From NCBI GenBank assembly GCA_946056155.1, contig CAMGIP010000001.1, positions 1 through 59,652 of the forward strand: DNA of 59,652 nt, written 5' to 3'. The stretch's first letter is position 1, and each line of letters opens with the position of its first letter. Below the pieces are notes generated by a model that ran no database searches, was not told where the DNA came from, and saw nothing but the letters and a program-made list of their open reading frames with translations. The stretch comes from an uncultured Mediterranea sp. GTDB lineage: Bacteria > Bacteroidota > Bacteroidia > Bacteroidales > Bacteroidaceae. The translations under genes were made by a program, and so were the position numbers. This document shows, in pieces, positions 9,258 to 19,400 of this stretch.

Positions 9258-10916
9258 ATGAAGACGAATATATTATTTGGCGGCTTGATGGCAGCCGCGT
9301 TGCTGACCACCTCATGCAGCGATTTCCTTACGGAAGACCCCAAGGGACAGCTGGTGCCCTCCTCCTTCTTCGCCTCGCAGGATGCGCTTGACGCGGGCGT
9401 CAATGCCCTCTATGAAAAGGTGAACCAACTGCAGAGTTGGACCAATCCCTGCTATCCGCAGTGGCAAGGTGATGACATCACCGCCAATCCGGGATCAAAC
9501 AAACAGGCTTGTGCCGAACTGGATGCCTTCAGCTCTACGAACAACAACAAGGGTGTCACGGCAGCCTGGAATCTGAACTATACCGTTATCAAGGCAGCCA
9601 ACCTCTTGATTGAGAACGCAGGCAGTGCCCCCGTATCTGACGAAGAGTTGAATATTGCATTGGGCCAAGCCCACTACTGGCGAGCCTACTCCTACTACTA
9701 TCTGGTACGCATCTTCGGTCCTTTGCCCTTGATTACTTCGGCCGTGATGAGCAGTGCCAACCACCCCCTCAGCTCGGTGGAAGATGTCTATAACCTGATT
9801 GTAGATGACCTCACCAAAGCTCAGGTGCTGCCTCTCTCTTATGACAAGGCTCCTCGTCATCACGATGGTGTGGATGCCTATATCACCCGTCACGGTGTAG
9901 AGGCCACTCTGGCTGCCGTCTATATGTCTATGGCCGGTTACCCGCTCAACAAGGAGGGGTATTATGCCAAGGCCGCAGCTGAGGCCAAGAAGGTGATTGA
10001 CGGAGCTTCCGCTTACGGTTACTATGTAGAACCCGAGTGGAATCAGGTCTATTCCATGGGTCACAACTACAACAAGGCTACCGTAGTAGGTATCGACTAT
10101 TCACCCATCAACGGCAGTTGGGACCACGACTCGCAGCTCACCTCCTGCTGCCGCTTCGAAGGACTCGGTGATGGCGGTTGGGGCGATGCCTGGGGAGAGA
10201 TCAAATTCTGGAAGAACTATCCGGAGGGTCCCCGCAAGAATGCGGTATATGCTCCTAAGGTAACCTTTGAAGATGCTGACCGCAACATCGTGAAGAGCGT
10301 GGATTGGTGGGAACTCGATGGTGAAGGCAAGAAGATTGTGGACGCCTATCACCCCATGTTTGCCATCTTCACCACCAACTGCGATGAGAACGGCAACGAA
10401 GTGGCTGCTCCCTACGACTACACCAAACCCAATTATCGCGGAATGACCAACGGACACCGTCATCGCATTATTCGCTATGCCGAGGTGCTCCTCTGGTATG
10501 CCGAGAGTCTGGCCCGCTCAGGAGGTGACCTCGCCACCGCCAAGCGTTACCTCAAGCAGGTACGCGCCAATGCGGTCGATGAAGTGGACAACTTCACCTA
10601 CATGGACGGTACAAAGGTAGCCATTGACAACATGTCAGCTGACCAACTGGCCAAGGCTTGCCTCGAAGAGCATGGATGGGAAGTGGCTGGTAACTGGGTA
10701 GCCATGGTAACCCGTCGAAGCGACGAGTTCCGTATGAACCAGCTCAAGACCAACTTTGACTATCGTGTAGCCAATGCCCCCGTCACGATTGTTCCCGGCA
10801 TCACCGCCAAGGAGAGCGTGAGCATCGTGAAGAGCAGCTGGGCCGGTGATGAGAGCATCTATCTGCCTTATCCCGAGACCGAAGTGGAGAAGAATCCCAA
10901 TCTGGTAAGAAAATAA
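9258..10916 (+). CDS. susD: SusD/RagB lipoprotein
   Basis: LTTSC lipobox; GQAHYWRAYSYYYLVRIFG; IIRYAEVLLWYAE; PYPETEVEKNPNL; directly downstream of susC. Confidence 0.95.
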   Translation: MKTNILFGGLMAAALLTTSCSDFLTEDPKGQLVPSSFFASQDALDAGVNALYEKVNQLQSWTNPCYPQWQGDDITANPGSNKQACAELDAFSSTNNNKGVTAAWNLNYTVIKAANLLIENAGSAPVSDEELNIALGQAHYWRAYSYYYLVRIFGPLPLITSAVMSSANHPLSSVEDVYNLIVDDLTKAQVLPLSYDKAPRHHDGVDAYITRHGVEATLAAVYMSMAGYPLNKEGYYAKAAAEAKKVIDGASAYGYYVEPEWNQVYSMGHNYNKATVVGIDYSPINGSWDHDSQLTSCCRFEGLGDGGWGDAWGEIKFWKNYPEGPRKNAVYAPKVTFEDADRNIVKSVDWWELDGEGKKIVDAYHPMFAIFTTNCDENGNEVAAPYDYTKPNYRGMTNGHRHRIIRYAEVLLWYAESLARSGGDLATAKRYLKQVRANAVDEVDNFTYMDGTKVAIDNMSADQLAKACLEEHGWEVAGNWVAMVTRRSDEFRMNQLKTNFDYRVANAPVTIVPGITAKESVSIVKSSWAGDESIYLPYPETEVEKNPNLVRK

Positions 10917-10934
10917 GCTAAAAAATGCGTGCGG

Positions 10935-11007
10935 GTGGCACGGATTACCCCTTCAAATGCAAATATAGTGGAAAAAGATTTGCTTATTAGGGTGTAATTC
11001 GTGCCAC
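10935..11007. terminator. Long-loop inverted repeat after susD (attenuator/terminator or IR-flanked promoter)
   Basis: GTGGCACGGATTAC (10935-10948) / GTAATTCGTGCCAC (10994-11007), one mismatch, followed by TTTTG. Confidence 0.55.
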
Positions 11008-11067
11008 TTTTGTATCTTTACACCATGAAATCATTTTCTAATTTTCTTACCCTAAAACAATTCAATT

Positions 11068-13419
11068 ATGAAGTTTAGAATGTCTTGGTGCTGTGCATTG
11101 ATTTTGGCAGCATTGCTCTGCTCTTGTGGTGGTTCACAACGTGTGGATCGTCCCTATAATGAGGGCATTAACCTTATTCCAGCACCCTTGTCTATGACTC
11201 CCCAGTCAGGTCGTTTCCTTCTCAAGAAGGGAATGAAGATCGGAGCTGAGGGCGAAGAGGTCCGTCAAGTGGCACTCTTCTTTGCCGAGAAGCTGCAACG
11301 CTCCACAGGCTATGCCTTGGAGGTGGCCGACAAGGGAGCCATCAATCTGACCCTTGACCCTGGAGTACAGGGTGGGGATGAGGCCTATACCCTGAAGGTA
11401 ACCTCCAATGAGGTCTCTGTCAAGGCCACCACTCCTCAAGGACTTTTCTACGGTATGCAGAGCTTCATGCAGCTGCTCCCTGCTGAGGTTGAGAGTGCCG
11501 CAGTGGTGAAAGATATCGAGTGGAGTGCCCCCGCGGTAGAAATAGCCGATGCTCCCCGTTTTGCCTATCGTGGTGTGCACATGGATCCCTGCCGTCACTT
11601 CATGACGGTAGAAGAGGTGAAGCGTCAGATTGACTTCCTGGCCCTCTACAAGATCAACCGTCTCCATTGGCACCTGACCGAAGACCAGGGTTGGCGTATT
11701 GAAATCAAGAAATACCCCAAACTTACCGAAGTAGGTTCTCGCCGTATCGAAGGTGAAGGCAACGAGTATGGCGGTTTCTATACGCAGGAAGAGGTGAAAG
11801 AGGTGGTGGACTACGCTGCCCGTCGTTTCATCACAGTAGTACCCGAGATCGAGTTGCCCGGTCACGAACTCTCTGCCATTGCTGCTTATCCTGAACTCTC
11901 TTGCCAGGGCAAGGAGATCTCTCCCCGCGTCATCTGGGGTGTGGAAGATATCGTGATGTGTGCCGGTAAGGAGGAGACCTTCAAGTTCCTGGAAGATGTA
12001 TTGGCCGAAGTGGTAGCCCTCTTCCCCAGTGAATATGTGCACATTGGTGGCGATGAATGTCCCAAGGATAGCTGGAAGAAGTGTCCCCTCTGCCAGAAGC
12101 GCATCCGTCAGGAGGGTCTGCAGGCCAAGGATGGCCATACCGCTGAAGAGCGTCTGCAGAGCTACTTCGTACAGCGTATGGAGAAGTATCTTGCCACACT
12201 TGGCAAGAAGATTATCGGATGGGACGAGATTCTTGAAGGTGGTCTGGCCCCCACTGCTACCGTGATGTCATGGCGTGGTGAGGAAGGCGGTATTGCAGCA
12301 GCATTGGCCGGTCACGATGCCATTATGACCCCCGGAAGCAATGGCCTCTATCTCGACCACTATCAGGGCGACTACCGCATCGAGCCGGTGACCATCGGTG
12401 GCTTCTCCACGCTTGAGAAGGTATATGCCTACAATCCCGTGCCCGATACTCTCGTAACCATGAAGAAAGATCAGCACATCATCGGTGTGCAGTGCAATGT
12501 ATGGAGCGAATACCTCTACACCAACCGTCTGCGTGAGTACATGACCTTCCCGCGGGCATTGGCCCTGGCCGAAGTGGCCTGGACCTCACTCGACCGCAAG
12601 AACTATGATGATTTTGTACGTCGTATCGACAATGCCTGTGTACGTTTGGACCAGCACAACATCGCGTACTACATCCCCATGCCTGAGCAGCCCAACGGTT
12701 CATGCAATACGGTGGCTTTCACCGACAAAGTGTCTGTAGAGTTCACCACCTCACGCCCCGTGAAGATGGTCTATACCCTCGACGGTTCCGAACCTACTCC
12801 CGCCTCTGCGGTCTATACACAGCCTCTGGCCTTTGAAGAGAGTGCGGTACTGAAAATAGCTTCTGTCCTTCCTTCTGGTGTGATGAGCCGCGTGCGTACC
12901 ATCCAGGTAGAGAAGCAACCGCTGGCACCTGCTGCTGAAGTGAAGGCTACTGTACCCGGTCTCAATGCCCGCTACTTCGATGGCCACTATCTCAATATCG
13001 ATGAGTTGGCCAAGGCTGCTCCCAAGGCTGTGGCAGAAAAGAAGATTGACAAGTTGGGTGCTCTTGCCTCTTTCCGTCCCACTACGGAGTCGATGCGCGG
13101 CTTCAAGCACTATGCTTCCGAGGCTACTGGTTATATCCGTGTTCCTGAGGATGGTGTCTATTACTTGGCCTCCAACCTGGAAGAGGTTTGGATTGATGGT
13201 AAGTTGCTCATCAACAACAGGGGAGAGGTGAAGCGTTTCTCCCGTCATGATACCTCTGTTGCCCTTGCCGCCGGTCTCCATCCCGTGAAGTTTGTCTTCT
13301 TAGGCCACATCTTGGGCGGTTGGCCCTCTTACTGGTCAGGTGCCGATTTGCAATGGCGCAAGGCTGATGAGGCCAAGTTCACCTCGGTAAAGGCAGAGAA
13401 TTTCTGCATTGCCCGTTAA
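11068..13419 (+). CDS. GH20 beta-N-acetylhexosaminidase, lipoprotein, with C-terminal CHB_HEX/Fn3-like and PA14-like domains
   Basis: PRFAYRGVHMD; HWHLTEDQGWRIEI; HIGGDE catalytic motif; IGWDEI; YTLDGSEPT. Confidence 0.95.
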   Translation: MKFRMSWCCALILAALLCSCGGSQRVDRPYNEGINLIPAPLSMTPQSGRFLLKKGMKIGAEGEEVRQVALFFAEKLQRSTGYALEVADKGAINLTLDPGVQGGDEAYTLKVTSNEVSVKATTPQGLFYGMQSFMQLLPAEVESAAVVKDIEWSAPAVEIADAPRFAYRGVHMDPCRHFMTVEEVKRQIDFLALYKINRLHWHLTEDQGWRIEIKKYPKLTEVGSRRIEGEGNEYGGFYTQEEVKEVVDYAARRFITVVPEIELPGHELSAIAAYPELSCQGKEISPRVIWGVEDIVMCAGKEETFKFLEDVLAEVVALFPSEYVHIGGDECPKDSWKKCPLCQKRIRQEGLQAKDGHTAEERLQSYFVQRMEKYLATLGKKIIGWDEILEGGLAPTATVMSWRGEEGGIAAALAGHDAIMTPGSNGLYLDHYQGDYRIEPVTIGGFSTLEKVYAYNPVPDTLVTMKKDQHIIGVQCNVWSEYLYTNRLREYMTFPRALALAEVAWTSLDRKNYDDFVRRIDNACVRLDQHNIAYYIPMPEQPNGSCNTVAFTDKVSVEFTTSRPVKMVYTLDGSEPTPASAVYTQPLAFEESAVLKIASVLPSGVMSRVRTIQVEKQPLAPAAEVKATVPGLNARYFDGHYLNIDELAKAAPKAVAEKKIDKLGALASFRPTTESMRGFKHYASEATGYIRVPEDGVYYLASNLEEVWIDGKLLINNRGEVKRFSRHDTSVALAAGLHPVKFVFLGHILGGWPSYWSGADLQWRKADEAKFTSVKAENFCIAR

Positions 13420-13435
13420 ACCGTTTTTGTAAGAG

Positions 13436-16381
13436 ATGGCCCCTATCTTATCCATACACAGTAGCGTACACCGGCTCCTCACCCCTTGGGTATGGCCGGT
13501 GGCGCTCTGTGCCATTTCCCAACCCGCTTGTGCTTCAACTCCGCGAGAGAAGCCATCCAAGACACCTCCTCCCAATATCCTTTTCATCCTGTGTGATGAT
13601 ATGGGCTATGGCGATTTGGGGTGCTATGGCCAGCCCTATATCCAGACCCCCCGTATCGATGCCATGGCAGCTCAGGGTATGCGCTTTACGCAGGCATACG
13701 CCGGGAGCCCGGTCAGTGCTCCCTCACGAGGCTCGTTGATGACCGGTCAGCATTGCGGTCATGCCCATGTGCGTGGTAACAGGGAGTACTGGTCCAACGA
13801 CTCGGTAATAGCTTACGGCAATAACCTTGACCATGCTAGGGTAGGGCAGGAACCTTATGATCCCGATCATGTGATATTGCCCGAGGTGATGAAGCGCAAC
13901 GGCTATACCACGGCACAGTTTGGCAAGTGGGCCGGAGGGTATGAAGGGTCTTGTTCCACCCCCGACAAGCGGGGTGTAGATGAATTTTTCGGTTACATCT
14001 GTCAGTTCCAGGCCCATCTCTACTATCCCAACTTCCTCAACCGCTACAGCCGGAAGGAGGGAGACCGGGAGGTGGTTCGTGTCACGTTGGACGAGAATAT
14101 TCCCCACCCCATGTTCGGCAAGGGATATGAGCAGCGTACCCAGTACTCTGCCGACCTTATCCACCACCGGGCTATGGAGTGGCTCGATGCCCAGGATGGT
14201 AAGCAACCCTTCTTCGGCCTGTTGACCTATACGTTGCCTCATGCAGAATTGGCTCAGCCCTCCGATTCTATACTCCAAAAATATGAACGTCAGTTCTTTA
14301 CCGACTATACGTGGGGTGGATCCAGACAGTCCCGTTACAATCCCGTAGCCCATACCCATGCCCAGTTTGCCGCCATGATTACCCGCCTCGATACCTACGT
14401 AGGCGAGATTCTGGATAAACTCAAGGAGAAGGGGTTGGAAGAGAATACGCTGGTCATCTTCACCAGCGACAACGGTCCTCATGAAGAGGGGGGTGCAGAT
14501 CCCGCCTTCTTCGGACGCGATGGGCAGCTCCAGGGGCTCAAGCGCTCCTGCTACGAGGGAGGCATCCGTGTTCCCTTTATTGCCTATTGGCCCGGTAAGG
14601 TACCCGCAGGGGTCGTTAACCCCCACCAGTTGGCCTTCTACGATGTGCTACCCACCTTCTGCGATCTGATGGGCGACAAGCGTTTCCCCAAATCCTATAT
14701 CAATAAGAAGAAGGCAGGTGACGGTTTTGATGGAATCTCCTTTGCGCCCACGCTCTGTGGTCAGGACGAACGTCAGCCGCGTCATGATTTTCTCTACTGG
14801 GAGTTTCATGAGACCGACCAGATGGCTGTACGTTGTGGCGACTGGAAGCTCTGTCTGGTGAGCGGTGTTCCCCGGCTCTTCAATCTGGCTGAGGACCTGC
14901 ATGAGGACCACGACCTGGCAGCGCTCTATCCCGAGCGCGTTCAGAAGATGGTAGAGATACTCTATCGCGAACACCGCGATCATCCCCTCTTCCCCGTCAC
15001 CCTGCCAGAGAAGGAGCCGCTTTACCTCAAGTCAGTCACCTTCCCTCCCGAGGCTACAATAGAACAGAAGGCCGATATGGCCGCCCGTGTCGTTCCCACG
15101 GCCAATCAGTTGGCCTGGCAGCAGACGGAGCTCTCCGCCTTTATCCATTTTGGTCTCAAAACCTTTGCGGACCATCCGCGGGGCGACGGAACAGAGAGTC
15201 CCTCCCTCTTCCTCCCTACCGACTTTGATGCCAACCAGTGGGTCAGAACGCTCATGGAGGCCGGCTTTCGGATGGTGATCCTTACCGCCAAACACCACGA
15301 TGGCTTCTGCCTCTGGCAGACCCAGACTACCACCTACTCGGTGGCCTCTTCCCCTTGGCGGGGAGGTAAAGGGGATGTCGTGAAGGAGGTGAGCGATGCC
15401 TGTGCACGCTATGGCATGAAGTTCGGCATCTACCTCTCCCCTTGGGACCGTCATGCCCCTTGCTATGGTGATTCGCCTCGATACAACGCCCTCTTTCTCC
15501 AGCAACTGACCGAACTGCTGACCCGCTATGGACGGGTGGATGAGGTCTGGCTCGATGGGTTCTCCAAGGAGGGACCCAACGGCAAGAAGCAGGTGTATGA
15601 TTGGGAGCGCATCTATGATACGGTACGTACTCTTCAGCCACATGCCGTAACCGCCGTGATGGGTGAAGATGTGCGCTGGGTAGGCAATGAAAGAGGAGTG
15701 GGGCGGACCACCGAATGGAGTGTCACCCCCTTCTTATCCGGTGCCACTGCTGAATCTATGGCCCATCGGAAGGCCTTAGCTCTCCGTTCAAGCTCTTCAG
15801 ATTTAGGCAGTCGCCAACTGCTCGAAAAGGCCCAGAGTGTCTGCTGGTATCCCTCCGAAACGGATGTCTCCATTCGCCCCTCCTGGTTTTGGAACAGCTC
15901 GGAAAATGAGAAGGTGAAGAGCGGAGAGGAATTGGCCCAAATCTATCTCAACTCCGTGGGACGCAACTCCTCCCTACTGCTCAATGTTCCCCCCGACAGA
16001 CGTGGTCGTCTCCACGAGAAAGATGTCGCAGCTCTTCAGCAATTTGCCGCTTGGTATCAGCGCACTTTTGCTCGGTCGTTGGTTGATAGAGCTGAGGATA
16101 CTCGCTGGTCATGTGTCGTAGGAGAGAGTCGTGAGATAGCTCTGGTCCCTGGTGCCCAAGTCCGCTACATCCTCCTTCAGGAAGATATCCGTAGGGGACA
16201 ACGGGTGGAGCGCATGAAAGTCGAACTGCTGACCGATCAGGGTTGGCAAGAGGTTGAGCCTGTTACCACCATTGGGTATAAGCGGATTCTTGCCGTTCCC
16301 TCCCTGCCAGCCACCCGTCTGCGTCTCACCCTGCTGGAGTCGCGTCGTCCGGCCCATCTGAGCCAGATTGCTTTATATTGA
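13436..16381 (+). CDS. Bimodular S1 sulfatase (S1_20-like) plus GH29 alpha-L-fucosidase
   Basis: N-half: ILCDDMGYGD, SAPSR, FTSDNGPHEEGG. C-half from about 15010: FIHFG, LTAKHHDGFCLW, YLSPWD, EVWLDG, WVGNE, SVGRN. No internal stop. Confidence 0.93.
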   Translation: MAPILSIHSSVHRLLTPWVWPVALCAISQPACASTPREKPSKTPPPNILFILCDDMGYGDLGCYGQPYIQTPRIDAMAAQGMRFTQAYAGSPVSAPSRGSLMTGQHCGHAHVRGNREYWSNDSVIAYGNNLDHARVGQEPYDPDHVILPEVMKRNGYTTAQFGKWAGGYEGSCSTPDKRGVDEFFGYICQFQAHLYYPNFLNRYSRKEGDREVVRVTLDENIPHPMFGKGYEQRTQYSADLIHHRAMEWLDAQDGKQPFFGLLTYTLPHAELAQPSDSILQKYERQFFTDYTWGGSRQSRYNPVAHTHAQFAAMITRLDTYVGEILDKLKEKGLEENTLVIFTSDNGPHEEGGADPAFFGRDGQLQGLKRSCYEGGIRVPFIAYWPGKVPAGVVNPHQLAFYDVLPTFCDLMGDKRFPKSYINKKKAGDGFDGISFAPTLCGQDERQPRHDFLYWEFHETDQMAVRCGDWKLCLVSGVPRLFNLAEDLHEDHDLAALYPERVQKMVEILYREHRDHPLFPVTLPEKEPLYLKSVTFPPEATIEQKADMAARVVPTANQLAWQQTELSAFIHFGLKTFADHPRGDGTESPSLFLPTDFDANQWVRTLMEAGFRMVILTAKHHDGFCLWQTQTTTYSVASSPWRGGKGDVVKEVSDACARYGMKFGIYLSPWDRHAPCYGDSPRYNALFLQQLTELLTRYGRVDEVWLDGFSKEGPNGKKQVYDWERIYDTVRTLQPHAVTAVMGEDVRWVGNERGVGRTTEWSVTPFLSGATAESMAHRKALALRSSSSDLGSRQLLEKAQSVCWYPSETDVSIRPSWFWNSSENEKVKSGEELAQIYLNSVGRNSSLLLNVPPDRRGRLHEKDVAALQQFAAWYQRTFARSLVDRAEDTRWSCVVGESREIALVPGAQVRYILLQEDIRRGQRVERMKVELLTDQGWQEVEPVTTIGYKRILAVPSLPATRLRLTLLESRRPAHLSQIALY

Positions 16382-16482
16382 ATAGAAAGACTACAACCCC
16401 ATGATTAACTTTAACCCTATTACCACGTCAGACCTATTTGGGTCACAAACAAAGCAGTACATTACACACTAATCTTGACTAT

Positions 16483-19400
16483 ATGAGTAAAATTATGCAT
16501 CAATTACTGAAAAAAATGGGTCAGGTGTACCTCTTGTGCAGCCTCACCTCTGCGGTGTATGCCGTTGACAACCTCCCCTATTGGAGGGATATGAAGGTCA
16601 CTTCAGTGGGAACCGAAGCTCCCCGTACCGATTTCATGACCTATGACAACCGTCAGCAGGCACTCACTCTTCGCTACGAAGCGAGCCCCTACTACCGTTC
16701 GCTGAATGGTACCTGGCAGTTCTATTACACCGACAACCATCAGACCCTGCCCGAGGACATTACCGGAGAGCAGGCAGACAAGGTCAGTTGGAAGTCCATC
16801 CAGGTGCCCGGCAACTGGGAGGTGCAAGGTTTCGGTGACCCTATTTATGTTAACCATCCCTATGAGTTTGCTCCTACCCGTCCTCAGCCGCCTCACCTGC
16901 CAGATGAAGTTCCCGTAGGTGTCTATCGCCGTACCTTTACTGTGCCCTCCACATGGAACAATCGCGACATCTACCTTCAGGTAGATGGGGCCAAGTCGGG
17001 CTGTTACGTCTATATCAACGGTCGTGAGGTGGGCTATAACGAAGACTCCAAGAATCCCGCCACCTACCGCATCAATGACTTCCTCAAGAAGGGAGATAAC
17101 CAGCTCGTGTTGAAGATGTATCGCTGGACCACCGCCTCCTTTTTGGAGTGTCAGGACTTTTGGCGTCTGAGCGGTATTGAGCGAGATGTTTTCCTCTTCT
17201 CCCGTACCCGTACCGCTATCCGTGATTTTCGCATCACTTCCACCTTGGACGAATCCTGCACCAAAGGAGTCTTCCGCCTGTCGGTGGATTTGAGCAACAG
17301 CAAGAGCACTCCCGAAAACCTGACGGTAGCCTATGAGCTGATGGATGCCAACGGCCGCTGTGTGAGCCAAGGGGAAAGCACCGTCTTCGTGCCCAGTGCC
17401 GGCAAGCAAACCTTAGCCTTGGAGGCCACGTTGCCTGAGGTCTCTGCCTGGAGTGCTGAGTCGCCCTACCTTTACCGTCTGCTCATGACCTTACGCAAGG
17501 GCGATAGGGTAGTGGAGTGCATCCCCATGCCCGTGGGTTTCCGCCGCATCGAAATCAAGCCCTCTCACCTCAAGGCTCCTTCGGGCAGCTCTCTGACACT
17601 ACTCTATATCAATGGTCAGCCCCTAAAACTCAAGGGAGTCAATCTGCATGAGCACAATCCCAAGACCGGACACTACGTGCCCGAAGCGCTCATCCTGCAG
17701 GATTTGACCCTCATGCGTCAGGCCAACATCAATACCATCCGTCTCTGCCACTACCCCCAGAGCCGCCGTTTCTATGAGCTGTGCGACTCCCTTGGCTTCT
17801 ATGTCTATGATGAGGCCAACATCGAGTCGCACGCGATGTACTACGACCTGCGCAAGGGCGGTACCCTTGGCAATAATCCCGAATGGCTGCAGCCCCATCT
17901 CTACCGCACCATCAACATGTTTGAACGCAACAAAAACCATCCATCGGTCACCTTCTGGTCGCTCGGTAATGAGGCCGGCAACGGCTACAACTTCTACCAG
18001 ACCTACCTCTGGCTCAAGGAGGCCGACCGTAACGTGATGGCCCGTCCGGTTAACTACGAGCGTGCCTTGTGGGAGTGGAACACCGACATGTATGTACCCC
18101 AATATCCTTCCGCAGGCTGGTTGGCCAAGATTGGCCGTATCGGTAGTGACCGTCCTGTTGTTCCCTCTGAATATGCTCACGCTATGGGTAACTCCACCGG
18201 TGGCCTCCATAAGCAGTGGCAGGCCATCTGGAACTATGCCAACCTTCAGGGAGGTTACATCTGGGATTGGGTGGATCAGGGTCTGTTGGCTCATGACGAG
18301 AACGGTACACCTTATTATACATATGGTGGCGACTACGGTACCAATCTTCCTTCAGACGGTAATTTCTGCTGCAATGGTCTGGTAGCTGCCGACCGCACCC
18401 CACATCCCGGATTGAAGGAGGTGGCCTATGTCCATCAAGACATCGCCTTCTCCGTCAGCAATCTGCAGGAGGGTCGCTTCATCGTCAAGAACCGCCACTA
18501 CTTCACCTCTTTGGGCAAGCATCGGCTCATCTATCGTATCATGGCCGGTGGCAAGGTGATCCGTAGCGGTCGTACCGTGATGGATATCGCTCCTCAGGAT
18601 TCAGCCGAATGGCGCATAGACCTCTCCGGTTTGAAACCTCGTGTCGGTGCTGAGTATTTCATCGAATTCAGTGCGGTCACCACCGAAGCCGCTCCTTTGC
18701 GTCCGGTTGGCAGCGAAGTAGCTCACGAACAGTTCCGCCTGCCAGTAGAGCCATTGGCTCAGACCTTCAAAACTTCAGGCCCCAAGCTCAGCATCGCCGA
18801 TGAGGGGCATCTTCTGAAAGTCAGCTCATCGCTCCTCACCTTCGTCTTCGATCGTCAGCAGGGAAGCGTCACCTCCTATAAGGTTCGCGGCACCGAGTAC
18901 ATCCACGAAGGCTTTGGCTTCCGTCCTAACTTCTGGCGTGCGCCCACCGACAATGATTATGGCAACCAGATGCCATTGCGACTGCACGTTTGGAAAGTAG
19001 CTACCGAAACACTCAATGTCAAGAAGGCCACGGTAGCGATGGAGGGTGAGGATGCCCTGCTCCACGTAGCCTATCAGTTACCTACCGGCAACCTCTGTCA
19101 CACCGACTATCGCATCTCACCCTCCGGTGTGGTACATGTCGCCTATCACTACATGCCCACGCTGCAGAAGGCCGCCAATGCCGGCTTCAACGAGGCCCAG
19201 GCCACAGCTACCTACACACCCGGCCGAGGCGAGGACGATTTGAGCAAACTCACCATCCCTCGTATCGGTATGCGTTTCCGTTTGCCCGTAGCCATGAATG
19301 GGGTGAGCTATTTGGGTCGTGGTCCCGAGGAGAACTACTGCGACCGTAATGCCAGCTCCTTAGTAGGCCTCTGGCGTTCCAAGGCTGATGAGATGGGTGC

